A stretch of DNA of 59,659 nucleotides, counting the filler. It is 8 parts of 8 records of this genome, joined end to end, with 100 filler letters (N's around TTAATTAATTAA, not from the genome) between each part and the next. Parts side by side here need not be neighbours in the genome. Positions count along the whole stretch, not along the records: positions 27,190 to 33,836 come from SRR31147125_15701; positions 33,937 to 46,576 come from SRR31147125_15714; 6 more parts are not named here. One strand, 5' to 3'. The translations under genes were made by a program, and so were the position numbers. The notes below the pieces were generated by a model. That model was not told where the DNA came from, did no database searches, and saw nothing but the letters and a program-made list of their open reading frames with translations. Below are positions 28,914 to 40,202 of the stretch, in pieces (position 1 is the first letter of the stretch; each line of letters begins with the position of its first letter).

Positions 28914-29675
28914 ATGAATATTCAAGCATCAGAAACGATTGCCCTCTCTTTTACCTGCGACGGCAAAAAGCTGAACGGCATGCTCCATTTACCGGACGCT
29001 CACACCTATTCATCCGATCGACCGCCCCTTGTGGTGGGCTCCCACGGACTGGAAGGCTCCATGGCGTCTGCCAAACAGCAATTGCTCTCAAATCTACTTC
29101 CGAATAACGGGATTGCATTTCTTCGATTTGACCATCGAGGGTGCGGAAACAGTGAAGGGGAATTTGTCGAGGAGACCTCCCTTGCCAAACGGGTGGAGGA
29201 TATGACAACGGCCATTGATCATGTTCGGCAACTGGATATTACGGATGACCGGCTTTTGCTTTTCGGCAGCAGTTTGGGAGGTGCCACCTGCCTCTCCACA
29301 TGGAGCCGTCTTGTTGAGAAAGGCATTCATCCATGCGGTGCAGTTGTTTGCGCCGCTCCGGTCAACAGTATCACCATCCAGGAGATTCCGTTAGAGGGCA
29401 ATGAACGGCGCCCGACCCTACCCATACGATTTTTCGAGGAAAATCTGTTGTTTGATTTGACAGACAAACTGCAGGATATCTCCAATATTTTGATCTTCCA
29501 TGGCGACCATGATGCCGTCGTTCCCGTGGAAAACGCCTATGCACTCCACAGCAATGCCGGATCTCCCAAAAAACTGATCATCTTTAAAGATGGGGATCAT
29601 CAGATGTCCAACAAAGAGGATCAGAATAGATTTGAAGCGGAAGCCTTACCTTGGATCAACCACTGTTTTGAGTAG
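28914..29675 (+). CDS. Alpha/beta hydrolase
   Basis: HGLEG, RFDHRGCGNSEG, GSSLGG, HGDHDAVVP, GDH; start trimmed to MNIQASE. Confidence 0.9.
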   Translation: MNIQASETIALSFTCDGKKLNGMLHLPDAHTYSSDRPPLVVGSHGLEGSMASAKQQLLSNLLPNNGIAFLRFDHRGCGNSEGEFVEETSLAKRVEDMTTAIDHVRQLDITDDRLLLFGSSLGGATCLSTWSRLVEKGIHPCGAVVCAAPVNSITIQEIPLEGNERRPTLPIRFFEENLLFDLTDKLQDISNILIFHGDHDAVVPVENAYALHSNAGSPKKLIIFKDGDHQMSNKEDQNRFEAEALPWINHCFE

Positions 29676-31054
29676 CTCCCTACGTAATAAATCCAAGGCT
29701 TTGACGGCAAACATCTTCTTATTTAACGATCGATGGTCAAAATTAAACCGAAATCGATGAGATGCCACACCATCTGCAGCGGCAAGACCGATGCAAATGG
29801 TTCCAACCGGTTTATCATCCGTGCCGCCTCCGGGCCCTGCAATTCCGGAGGTGGCCAATCCGAAATCAGCTCCGGCAGCGTTCCGGGCACCGCTTGCCAT
29901 CTCCTCCACGGTTAATTCGTGTACGGCGCCATTGACCTCGATTGTTTTTGGATCAACACCAAGTACCTGTATCTTTGCTTCGTTAGAGTAGGTGACGGCA
30001 GACAAAAGAAAATATTCGGAACTACCGGCCACATCGGTCAGCATATTGGCAATCAACCCTCCGGTACAGCTTTCTGCAACGGCAACGCTCTTTCCCATTT
30101 TTACCAACAATCTGCCCACTTCCTCCTCCATGTCTAAGCCATCCATGGAGATAATGTTGCCCTCGAGACGAGAGGCGATCCACTCTCCTGCAGCCATTGC
30201 CTGTTTCTCAGATTCTGCTTTTCTATCTAAATCTCGAACTTGAACGTCATCTCGAACTTGGCCCCCTTGACCTCCGCGCCATCGGTATCAAAAGCCAGCT
30301 TATCGAAGCCCTCATCTTCACCACCTCCGCTTACGGAAATCTGCTGAACCGCAGTACTGACTTTTACCTCTATTATTGGAAAAGAGGCCCGAAATCCCAA
30401 AATAAAGTCCGGAAACGCATCTTCAAACCCGTTTAGCCTAGTGCCCACTTTTGACTCGGGAAGGCCGAACAATTTAATTCGATTCATGACAAACTCAGTG
30501 TTCAGGCCGACCATTCCTTTGATATGGGGAAGCACACTGAGCTGATACATGGCCCGCATCTCACTGGGCACTCCCGGCATGAAATAAAACATGGTTTTGT
30601 TACAGCGCACATAGAATCCGGGTGCCGTACCGCAGCTATTCTCCATCAGACCGGCTTTGGACGGCAACATGACCTGCTTGATATTACTTTCGGGCATGGG
30701 CCATCCTCTTTTATTGAAATAGGCCTCCATGGACTTCATCGCTGCCTCATTGAAAATCAGCGGATCCTCACATGCCAATGCCGCCGCCTCGGCACTTAAA
30801 TCATCGGAGGTGGGGCCAAGTCCGCCGGTCACTAAAACTACATCCACAGGATTTTCCTTCGAGCGGTTCGAGATTTCTCTCATGATACCGGCAATGTCGT
30901 TGATATCATCTCCGATGCAACTCACACGCCTCACATCTATGCCGGACTCTCTCAATCTTTGGGAGAGCCAGCTGGCATTGGTATCGTCCACCTCTCCCCA
31001 AAGAACTTCATTTCCCGTTGATAAAATTTCCGCTGTAGCTGTTTTCAATTCCAT
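29646..31054 (-). CDS. cinA: CinA-family NMN deamidase-related protein; apparent -1 frameshift at 30262-30266
   Basis: STGNEVLWGEVDDTNA, TGGLGPTSDD, PGVPSEM; then AVAESCTGG, TYSNEAK, SGIAGPGGG. Confidence 0.92.
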
Positions 31055-31191
31055 TTTTCCTTGTACTCAATCCCCCATACATCTGGAGGAGTTCACAAAT
31101 AATTAATACCTCTCATCTCGATTCCAGTCGAAAAACAAGAATGAGATGGAAGGCACTTGGATTGCCGTTCTCCCATGTCAGATGTTAGGTG

Positions 31192-31833
31192 TCAGTTGTC
31201 GGTATTGTTTCCCCTGTTTTGCTTTCGATCCCCACCCAATAAATTCCCGATAAATGAAAACACCTTTTTAATCCCTTTCCAAATTCTTGGAAGGACCCAA
31301 ATCATGAACACTATAAAAAGAGTAAGCAATGCCAGAAATAAAACCGGATAGTGAAGCGCCGTCCAAACCCCGCCAATGACCGCGACATCTTCTGAAACTG
31401 AGGCCGCCCAATTGGAAAACGGCTCAGGAGAGGTGTTGATGATCACCCGACTTCCCGACTTCACGGCATGGGTTCCGGCTGCCACGGCTCCCCCGACCAA
31501 ACCTGCGGCAACGGCCAATGCCGGAGTTACGTCTCCAACAGCACCGGCTGCCAGCATCACCCCTGCCGGAATCCTGATGAAGGTATGAATGCCATCCCAT
31601 CCCGTATCCACACCGGGAATTTTATCTGCAACAAATTCGGTAAAATAGAGAATCACAGCCACCAGCATCACCATGGGATCCATCAAAACATGAAGGGCCT
31701 CTGGCAACACAATGTTACCGGTCATTCCCAAAAACCCGAGCACAACGATGGTGGCATAGAGATTGATACCACTGGCCCAGGCTGTCCCCATGGTCACCGA
31801 AATGGTGTCTATAATCTGATCAAGATGCTCCAT
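31192..31833 (-). CDS. DUF4126 membrane protein
   Basis: WASGINLYA, EFVADKIPGVD..WD.IHTFIRIPAG, NTSPEPFSN. Confidence 0.88.
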   Translation of the reverse strand: MEHLDQIIDTISVTMGTAWASGINLYATIVVLGFLGMTGNIVLPEALHVLMDPMVMLVAVILYFTEFVADKIPGVDTGWDGIHTFIRIPAGVMLAAGAVGDVTPALAVAAGLVGGAVAAGTHAVKSGSRVIINTSPEPFSNWAASVSEDVAVIGGVWTALHYPVLFLALLTLFIVFMIWVLPRIWKGIKKVFSFIGNLLGGDRKQNRGNNTDN

Positions 31834-32095
31834 ATTCCACCTCCGTGATTTGTTCCATCAAATGAGTTCCATATCATGGCAACATTTTGAAATAATTTTT
31901 TCTTCGTAGCCTCTTCAGAGAGCATCGACTGAAAAAAACAAAATATTTCCTTTTCTAAAAAACGAGTCGATCTCAGACAGATTCAAGCAAAAAATCGATT
32001 TTAATTGCGCTGACTCAAAACTTGAAAAGAGAAGTTCTCTCTGGTAGAGTATTTTTTTATTTTCAACTACATAACAAATTTACTCAGGATGTGAA

Positions 32096-33175
32096 ATGAT
32101 TAAAACCGCCATTGCAGGCGCCACCGGTTACACCGGTGCCGAGCTTGTCAAGCTGATCACCGGACACCCCGATGCCGAACTCGTTACCGTTACTACACGC
32201 TCTTACAGCGGCAAGCCGCTGGTTGACATTTTTCCCTCCCTCCGAGGCATTGTGGATATCCAATGTGAAGAGATGGTACCGGAAGCGCTTAAAGGAAAGA
32301 TCGATTGTGTCTTTTTGGCCCTACCCCACAAGGTCTCCATGTCATATGCCCCTCTTTTTCTTGAAAACGGCATCAAAGTAATCGATCTGTCAGCTGATTT
32401 TCGTTTCAAAAACCGCGCTGTATACGAAGCCGCCTACCAACCCCATCGTTCACCGGAATTATTGGAAAAAGCGGAATACGGCTTGAGTGAAATTTATGGC
32501 GAAGAGATTCGGGAAACAGATCTGGTTGGGAATCCGGGATGTTACCCAACCAGCCTTCTTTTACCGCTGTTTCCTCTGATTCGAGAAGGACTCGTCAAAA
32601 CCAAGGGGATCATCTCGGACTCAAAGTCCGGGGTCAGCGGTGCGGGCCGATCCCTCTCACTGGCTTCTCACTATTGTGAAGTGACGGAATCCTTTAAACC
32701 GTATAAAGTAGGGACCCACCGTCATGTGCCGGAAATGGAAGAACTACTCACAGCGGCACATACCGGCAAACGAGGCGCTAAAGAAGGTAATGAGGAGAGC
32801 GAGAACAACAGTGTCAAAATCACTTTTGTTCCCCACCTGCTTCCCATGAGTCGGGGGATGCTGACCACCATTTACGGAGAAGTTCCCTCAGAAACAACAT
32901 CCCAAATGATCCGAAAATGCCTTGAAACCACCTACGGCAATCACTTTTTTGTCCGGGTCTTACCTGATGGACAATTCCCAAATACCGCCCATGTCAGGGG
33001 CACAAATTGTTGTGACATCGGTTTCCGACTGGACGAATCCTCAAAACGTATTATTATTGTCTCTGCTATTGACAATATTTTAAAAGGGGCATCGGGCCAG
33101 GCGGTTCAAAACATGAATCTGATGTTCGGACTGAAAGAAGAGACCGGACTCAGCCTGATCCCTGGAGCCATATAA
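32096..33175 (+). CDS. argC: N-acetyl-gamma-glutamyl-phosphate reductase
   Basis: GATGYTG, DLSADFR, NPGCYPT, SGVSGAG, DNILKGASGQAVQN. Confidence 0.97.
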   Translation: MIKTAIAGATGYTGAELVKLITGHPDAELVTVTTRSYSGKPLVDIFPSLRGIVDIQCEEMVPEALKGKIDCVFLALPHKVSMSYAPLFLENGIKVIDLSADFRFKNRAVYEAAYQPHRSPELLEKAEYGLSEIYGEEIRETDLVGNPGCYPTSLLLPLFPLIREGLVKTKGIISDSKSGVSGAGRSLSLASHYCEVTESFKPYKVGTHRHVPEMEELLTAAHTGKRGAKEGNEESENNSVKITFVPHLLPMSRGMLTTIYGEVPSETTSQMIRKCLETTYGNHFFVRVLPDGQFPNTAHVRGTNCCDIGFRLDESSKRIIIVSAIDNILKGASGQAVQNMNLMFGLKEETGLSLIPGAI

Positions 33176-33279
33176 ATCCCGGTGACACATGAACTCTGGT
33201 GCATATAATATAATCTCCAGTGCAGTATGAAGTCTCCGTCTCTTCTTTCCAACTCAATCAATCAAGGCAAATAAACTAT

Positions 33280-33836
33280 ATGGTATTCAGCTTACTGACA
33301 AAAATTTTCGGATCGAACAACGAAAGACAGATCAAGAAGGTCATGCCCCTGGTGGAGCAGATCAACGCACTGGAACCGGATTTCAAAGCGCTTTCAGATG
33401 AACAGATAGCCGAAAAAACTCTGGAATATAAAGCGCGTGCGGTCAATGGAGAATCCCTTGACGCCTTGCTCCCTGAAGTGTTTGCCCAAGTTCGAGAAGC
33501 ATCGGTGCGAACCCTTGGCATGCGCCACTACGACGTCCAGATCATCGGCGGAATTGCCCTGCACAGGGGGATGATTGCCGAGATGAAAACCGGTGAAGGA
33601 AAGACCTTGATGTCCACCCTTCCCGCCTGCCTCAACGCCCTTTCCGGCAAAGGGGTTCATGTGGTGACGGTCAACGACTACCTGGCCAAACGTGATGCCG
33701 AATGGATGAATACCATATACAGCTTTCTGGGACTTTCAGTGGGCGTCATTCTCCATGAGCTGAACGATGAAGAGCGGCAAGTGGCTTACAGTGCCGATAT
33801 CACCTACGGCACCAACAATGAGTTCGGGTTTGACTA
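33280..33836 (+). CDS. secA: Preprotein translocase SecA (3' truncated)
   Basis: [30 protein letters not shown]. Confidence 0.97.
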
Positions 33837-33936
33837 NNNNNNNNNNNNNNNNNNNNNNNNNNNNNNNNNNNNNNNNNNNNTTAATTAATTAANNNNNNNN
33901 NNNNNNNNNNNNNNNNNNNNNNNNNNNNNNNNNNNN

Positions 33937-33962
33937 AGATGCTGAAACAAGTTCAGCATGAC
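33937..33962. repeat. Bacteroidota REP-like palindrome
   Basis: agatgctgaaacaagttcagcatgac at the contig start. Confidence 0.65.
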
Positions 33963-34128
33963 GTTCCAAATTAAGTATTGAACCTATGAATCTTAAAGCA
34001 ACCTTTTTAACCTTATTCCTAATTGTTTTTGAGGAGAAGAAATAAATGTTGTAATGTGTTCACGGGGTGGCTACGTGTTGCATCAAACGGCCACCCCGTG
34101 AATATTTAACTCAAAAAATCGAAATCAA

Positions 34129-36525
34129 ATGAACCATAAAACCACACTTTTAACAATTGCTCTTTCTATTTTTATTTTAATAGGCAATGCGCAAATCCGC
34201 GAAAAACAAAATTTCAATCAAAACTGGAAGTTTATTCTTTCTGATAAAGCAGAATACGCCAATCCTGATTTTAACGATTCAGAATGGCGAACGCTTGATT
34301 TACCCCACGACTGGAGCATTGAAGGAGAATTCAGCGAAGAACATAGCGGCAGAAATGCCTGGTTGCCCGGTGGAATTGCCTGGTACAGGAAATCATTCAA
34401 CATATCGGAAGCCGACAAAGGTAAGCACTTCGAAATTCAATTTGATGGAATTTACCGCCACTCAAAAATTTGGGTGAATGGTGTGTTTATTGGCATTCAG
34501 TACGACGGTTATACCAGTTTTTATTTTGATATAACCGAGGCTCTGAATTTTAGAGAAGAAAATATGATAACCGTTCGTGTTGATAATTCTGTGCAACCCA
34601 ATTGTCGCTGGTATTCGGGCTCGGGTATTTACCGTAATGTGTGGCTGACAAAAACAAATTCGATTCATGTAAAAAATTGGGGAACTTACATTACAACTCA
34701 TGAAGTTTCGGAAAACAACGCAACCGTGGCCATTCAAACTTCCGTCGAAAATATGGACTTTGAGGAACAGGAATTTGTGCTCGAAACAATTATTTTGGAT
34801 AAAGCCGGAAAAGAAGTTGCCAAAACAGAAATTACAGAAAAAATTGGGTTGCAGTGCAGTGCCCATTTTCAGCAAGAAATAGAAGTAAGTAATCCTGAAC
34901 TATGGTCGGTAAACGAACCAAATTTATACACAGCCATTTCAAAAATAAAAATTAACGGGAAAATAGTAGACGATTACACCAGTACTTTTGGAATAAGAAC
35001 CATTGAGTTTAATGCGAAAAAAGGCTTTTTTCTGAACGGCAAAAATATGAAAATGAAAGGTGTTTGTTTGCATCATGAGGCTGGAGCTTTTGGCTCGGCA
35101 GTGCCGGTTCAGGTTTGGGAACGCCGTTTGAGAAACCTGAAAGCCATTGGTTGTAATGCCATCCGGACAGCTCATAATCCTCATGCACCGGAGTTTTTAG
35201 ATTTATGCGACAAAATGGGTTTTCTGGTAATGGATGAATTTGTAGATAAATGGAATAACGTTGATGCTGAATTTGAATTTTACGCTGCTCCGTTTGCCGA
35301 CCCGTATTTTCATACTGAGTGGCGGAAGAATTTTGGCGAAACCCTTCGCAGAGACCGCAACCACCCGAGCGTAATTATGTGGAGTGTAGGTAACGAAAAC
35401 CATCATCCGGGAAGTGAAAGACAAAATCTGGGACTGAAACGGTATTGTGGTTTTGTGCGTTCGATTGACCCAACGCGCCCGGTAATTTCGGGAATGGAGC
35501 GCTGGAAAGATTTACCAACGGTTGGAGAAGTGGTTGACAATATTGTGGAGACTACGCAGTTTATGGATTTAATTGCCATGAATTACGGCGAACAATGGTG
35601 CGAGCTTATTAACGAAAAGAATCCGGGTAAACCGTATGTAAGCACCGAAAGTTATACCTATTTCAATAGTTCAAAAGAAAAGCGCTGGGCCAACCTGGAA
35701 AGCAATCCGTGGTTAGATGTAATTGATAACGATTTTAACATGGGACTTTTCCTTTGGGTAGGAATTGGTTATTTGGGCGAAAGCCGTACCTGGCCTGTAG
35801 TTGGTGCCTTAAGTGGTTTGTTCGATTTGGCTGCATTTCCTACAAGTAGTGCCGAATTGTTTGAAGCATTTTGGTCGGAAAAACCTGTAGTTCATATTAA
35901 TGTTTATGAGGGCGATGCCGACGATTTTTCTACCTCGGGACGTTGGAGCGTGCCACCAATGAATAAACACTGGAATCTTGAAAAAGGTAAAGAATATGAT
36001 ATTGCCACTTATACCAATTGCGAAGAGGTTGACCTGTTCCTAAACAACAAAAAAATTGGCACACAGAAATTGGCCGATGTACCGAACTGGATTATGAAGT
36101 GGCGAAAAGTGGGTTACAAAGCCGGGGAACTAAAAGCCGTTGGAAAGATTAACGGGAAAGCCGTTTGCGAAAAAGTGTTGGTAACTACCGGTGAACCCAC
36201 AAAACTTTCAATGGAACAATTTCAGCCAAAAGAAACTTCACCAGATGTCATTCAAGTAGAAGTGAGTTTGTTAGATAAAAAAGGAAATCCGGTTACTTTC
36301 GACGACCGCCAAATAAACTTCAAATTAGAGGGAGATGGAGAAATCCTTTCGCTGGCAACAGGATTTATGAATACAGATGAATCGCTTATTCAAAAAGAAA
36401 GGAAAACGACTTATAAAGGGAAATTACTTTGTGTGGTTAAAGCCGGTACAAATGCTGGTACACTAAAACTTGTTGCCAGTGGAGATGGAATTCAGGCAGA
36501 AACATTGGAAATTGTAGTGAAGTAA
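34129..36525 (+). CDS. Glycoside hydrolase family 2 (beta-galactosidase-like), secreted
   Basis: LDLPHDWSIE, RWYSGSGIYR, GVCLHH, NAIRTAHNP, DRNHPSVIMWSVGNE. Confidence 0.93.
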   Translation: MNHKTTLLTIALSIFILIGNAQIREKQNFNQNWKFILSDKAEYANPDFNDSEWRTLDLPHDWSIEGEFSEEHSGRNAWLPGGIAWYRKSFNISEADKGKHFEIQFDGIYRHSKIWVNGVFIGIQYDGYTSFYFDITEALNFREENMITVRVDNSVQPNCRWYSGSGIYRNVWLTKTNSIHVKNWGTYITTHEVSENNATVAIQTSVENMDFEEQEFVLETIILDKAGKEVAKTEITEKIGLQCSAHFQQEIEVSNPELWSVNEPNLYTAISKIKINGKIVDDYTSTFGIRTIEFNAKKGFFLNGKNMKMKGVCLHHEAGAFGSAVPVQVWERRLRNLKAIGCNAIRTAHNPHAPEFLDLCDKMGFLVMDEFVDKWNNVDAEFEFYAAPFADPYFHTEWRKNFGETLRRDRNHPSVIMWSVGNENHHPGSERQNLGLKRYCGFVRSIDPTRPVISGMERWKDLPTVGEVVDNIVETTQFMDLIAMNYGEQWCELINEKNPGKPYVSTESYTYFNSSKEKRWANLESNPWLDVIDNDFNMGLFLWVGIGYLGESRTWPVVGALSGLFDLAAFPTSSAELFEAFWSEKPVVHINVYEGDADDFSTSGRWSVPPMNKHWNLEKGKEYDIATYTNCEEVDLFLNNKKIGTQKLADVPNWIMKWRKVGYKAGELKAVGKINGKAVCEKVLVTTGEPTKLSMEQFQPKETSPDVIQVEVSLLDKKGNPVTFDDRQINFKLEGDGEILSLATGFMNTDESLIQKERKTTYKGKLLCVVKAGTNAGTLKLVASGDGIQAETLEIVVK

Positions 36526-36559
36526 ATTTTGTTGTATTTTTGTTGCAAAGCTAATCGTC

Positions 36560-36763
36560 ATGGATTCATCTGAAAAACGTAAATACATTCAAAATCATTT
36601 GTCTCAGGTCAAAGAACCAATACTCAGTGATTTATATAAAAAGGTGGCATCTTCTATTGAAGATAATTTGATGGAGGAATCGGAAGAAGATATTAAAACG
36701 GGTAATGTTATTTCTCATCAGTCATTAAAAGAGGAGATTGGAAATTGGAGACCTAACAAATAA
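36560..36763 (+). CDS. Putative antitoxin
   Basis: Small acidic protein ending SEEDIKTGNVISH..LKEEI..W; overlaps a RelE/ParE-like frame. Confidence 0.7.
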   Translation: MDSSEKRKYIQNHLSQVKEPILSDLYKKVASSIEDNLMEESEEDIKTGNVISHQSLKEEIGNWRPNK

Positions 36764-37062
36764 TCTGGACTTCACGAGCTGTAAAAGATTTAAGAAAAGT
36801 TTATGCTTTTTTATCAGAACAGATTGGCGAAGAACGAGCCTTCGAGATTATAACTTATTTACTCGAAAAAGTAGATGTACTTTCTGATGGACGATTTGTT
36901 AATATCGGAACAACAGATGAGGCTTTTCTTCATTTGAAACGGAATTATAAGAAATTACTTGTACAGAATATCAAAATTACCTACCGAATTAATTCTGATA
37001 GAAGTACGGTTTATATAAATCGTGTTTTTGACATGAGACAGAATCCTAAAAAGAATAAATAA
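36745..37062 (+). pseudogene. RelE/ParE-family toxin with TAA at codon 4 (absent from the ORF track)
   Basis: GAGGAG RBS, TTG GAG ACC TAA, then open QIIWTSRAVKDLRKVYAFL...KITYRI...VYINRVFDMRQNPKKNK. Confidence 0.82.
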
Positions 37063-37164
37063 TTCTGGAATTTATGGGGCGAAAATAAGTTCTGAGAATT
37101 GTCGCGCCGAGAATTGTTTGTGGCAAAATAATTATCGTATTTTAGCCATCCAAAAATCTAAACT

Positions 37165-38366
37165 ATGAATAAACCAGTAAAACAAAGAATTGAAGTTGTT
37201 GACTTTTTACGCGGATTTGCCATCATGGCAATAATGCTTCTGCATAATATCGAACGTTTTAATTTATATGTTTTTCCCGGCGGTTTTGGAGGGATGACAG
37301 CCACCGACCGAGGCATTTGGGATACCATGTTTTTCTTATTCGGCGGAAAAACTTACTCGATATTCGCACTTCTTTTTGGTTTTACCTTTTATATAATGTA
37401 CACCAAACAACAGGAGAAAGGGAAGGATTTCGGGCCGCGATTTTTATGGCGGCTTTTACTGCTTGCCGCATTTGCTACTGTTAACGCAGCCTTTTTTCCG
37501 GGCGAGGTTTTAATGTTGTATGCTGTTGTTGGCATAATTTTGTTTTTGGTGCGAAAATGGAATAACAAAGCACTTCTTATTTTGGCAATCTTCTTTTTGC
37601 TACAACCGGTTGAGTTATTCTATTATATAAGGCAATTGCTCGACAGTTCGTGGGAATTGCCACAGCAAATTAACCGCGGAATGCACGGCAGTGTAAAAGC
37701 CTATCTTTCGGAAGGAACTTTTGCTGCTTTGGTAAAAGGAAATACAACAATTGGCCAGGTTTGGAGTATGATGTGGGCCATTGAAAACGGCCGGTTCTTA
37801 CAAACAGCAGGTTTATTTTTAACCGGTTTATTAATTGCCCGAAAAGGTTGGTTTGCCGACCTCGATAAACACCGAAAAACATGGACAACTGTTTTAGTAA
37901 TTGCAGTACTAACTACTACCTTATTGTATTTCGTTAGAACAAACGTTTACATGGATCGCGAATTTGTATACCGCCGTTCGATTGGCGTTGCTGTTGATAT
38001 GTGGTGGAAAGCCGGTTTTACCTTTATTTGGGTGAGTGTTTTTGCCTTGCTATACAGAACCAATATTTTCCAAAAAATTACAACACCGTTTAAAGCTTAT
38101 GGAAAAATGAGTTTAACGAATTACGTTTCGCAATCTATAATTGGTTCGTTAATTTACTTCTCGTATGCGTTTAATATGGCACCAAAAATTGGAGTAACAG
38201 CAAGTTTGGGTGTTGGTATTGTGCTATTCATTCTGCAAATTATTTTTGTAACTGGTGGATTGGAAAATATAAGCAAGGTCCGCTCGAAAAACTTTGGCAT
38301 AACTTAACGTGGATAGGTACGGAAGAAAGAAAATTAAAATTGGCCAAAGTGCGTGTGAAAAAATAG
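37165..38366 (+). CDS. DUF418 (YeiB-like) membrane protein; apparent -1 frameshift at T5 (38243-38247)
   Basis: RIEVVDFLRGFA, FALLFG, GKMSLTNYVSQS; the shifted frame gives WW...QGPLEKLW. Confidence 0.88.
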
Positions 38367-38391
38367 CATGGAATTCGGATTAAGTTGGTAT

Positions 38392-38429
38392 AAAAAAGCC
38401 TTTCTCAATACAATGAGAGAGGCTTTTTT
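38392..38429 (+). terminator. Intrinsic terminator
   Basis: aaaaaagcctttctca...tgagagaggctttttt. Confidence 0.75.
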
Positions 38430-38650
38430 ATATCCCTGCAACAAGAGCCATTTTAAGATATAAAGTGCTATCTCAGATGGGATATTTTAATTCAAATCAG
38501 CACAGTGCAGGATAATAAAGAAAAATTTGTTTAGTTAATTAGCTTGATTGGGGAATTCTGCTTAGAAATTTGTGCAAGAATATTCAACGTGAAGCAGTAG
38601 TAATCACCATTTTAAGATAAACAGATTATACACAATTAATTAAATAAAAT

Positions 38651-40107
38651 ATGAAGCTCTTTTTTAAATCTATCCTGTTTGTAGTTATAGCTGCAACCTT
38701 GTTTGCCTCTTGTAAGAAAGAACAAAAACGACCAAACTTTTTATTTGTCCCGGCGGACGATCAATCTCCATTCGACCTGAAAATTTACGATGCCAAATCT
38801 GTTTTGGAAACACCAAATATTGACAAATTGGCCGAAGGTGGAATCGTTTTTGAAAGTGCCCGTCATATGGGCTCAATGAATGGTGCTGTTTGTACACCTT
38901 CGCGCCACATGATTATGAGTGGACGTACAGTTTGGCACCTGCCTGCCAGTGCCGGTAAAATGGATAAAATTATGTGTCCCGACAGCCTGGAATTGGAAAC
39001 CATAGGCGCCGTGTTCAACAGGGCTGGTTACAAAACCATGCGTACCTGTAAAAAAGGGAATTCTTTCAGGGCTGCAAATAAGCAATTTTCGGTGGTGCAC
39101 GAAGCCGTAAAGCGTGGCGCAACAGATGAAACCGGTAGTGCCTGGCATGCCAAACATGTGTTAAACTACTTAAACGAAAGGAAAGCCAATCAGGATACCG
39201 ATCCGTTTTTTATTCATTTTGGTTTTTCACACCCACATGATGTTCGCAACGGAAAACCTGAACTTTTGGAGAAATATGGAGCTGTAAATCATACCAATCC
39301 CCATAGCCTTCCTCCGGCCAATCCAAAACAACCACCACTGCAGGATAATTATTTGCCGGCACATCCTTTTTCCACGGGCATGTTGGACTTCGTGATGAAG
39401 AACGCGTAAGTGGTGTTTGGAAGAACCGCGACGAGCAAACCATCAGAAACGAACTGGGGCGTGAGTATGCCTGCGACGAAAATATTGACATTCAGATGGG
39501 TAAGGTGTTGAAAAAGCTCGAAGAAATGGGCGAACTAGATAATACCTACATTGTTTATACTGCCGACCATGGAATCTCAATTGGCCGTCATGGTTTAACC
39601 GGAAAACAAAATCTTTATGAACATACCTGGCGCGTACCATTTATTGTAAATGGCCCCGGAATTGAAGCAGGAAAACGTGTGGAAGGAAATGTTTACTTGC
39701 TCGATTTACTTCCTACATTTTGCGATCTCGCAGGAATTGAAATCCCTAAAACCGTTCAAGGTAAAAGTTTTAAACCTATTTTAGATGGGGAGAAAGAAAG
39801 CATGCGCGATGTTATGTATGGCGTTTATGCCGGAGGTTCGAAACCTGGAATGCGCTGCGTGAAAAAAGGCGACTGGAAATTGATAAAATACGATTTGATG
39901 GATGGTACAATCCACGAAACCCAGTTGTTTAACCTGGCCGAAAATCCAAACGAATACTTGCCCGAACATGGCAAATCGGGTGAAATGGAAACCAACCTGG
40001 CTAACAATCCAAAGTACGTCGATAAATTGGCTGAAATGGAAGCTTTATTGCTGGAACAGATGGAGAAAAACGACGATCCTTATCGTTTGTGGGATCAGAA
40101 AAAATAA
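38651..40107 (+). CDS. S1 sulfatase lipoprotein; apparent -1 frameshift at T5 (39367-39371)
   Basis: FASC lipobox, CTPSR, HPHD; the frames join as HPFFHGHVGLRDEE; YTADHG, GKQNLYE. Confidence 0.9.
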
Positions 40108-40202
40108 TTTTTCAAAAAAGAAATAGGAGTGATGTAAGTTTCAATCGTCTTTTAAAAGTAGAGTATACCGTATCACATTCGTAATTTCAAAACAATAGTA
40201 GT

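Noticed and set aside
27318-31848. Many long antisense or overlapping ORFs (e.g. 28086-28694, 27318-27743, 30729-31106; also 4032-4355, 7153-7665, 22932-23441)
   Set aside because: Shadow frames of well-supported genes, with no motifs or RBS.
34059-34101. 13-bp stem hairpin upstream of GH2 as a riboswitch or ncRNA
   Set aside because: Simple stem-loop with no recognisable aptamer; more likely a terminator or mRNA-stabilising hairpin.
36754-36756. In-frame TAA as evidence of stop-codon reassignment
   Set aside because: TAA ends several intact genes on the same contig.
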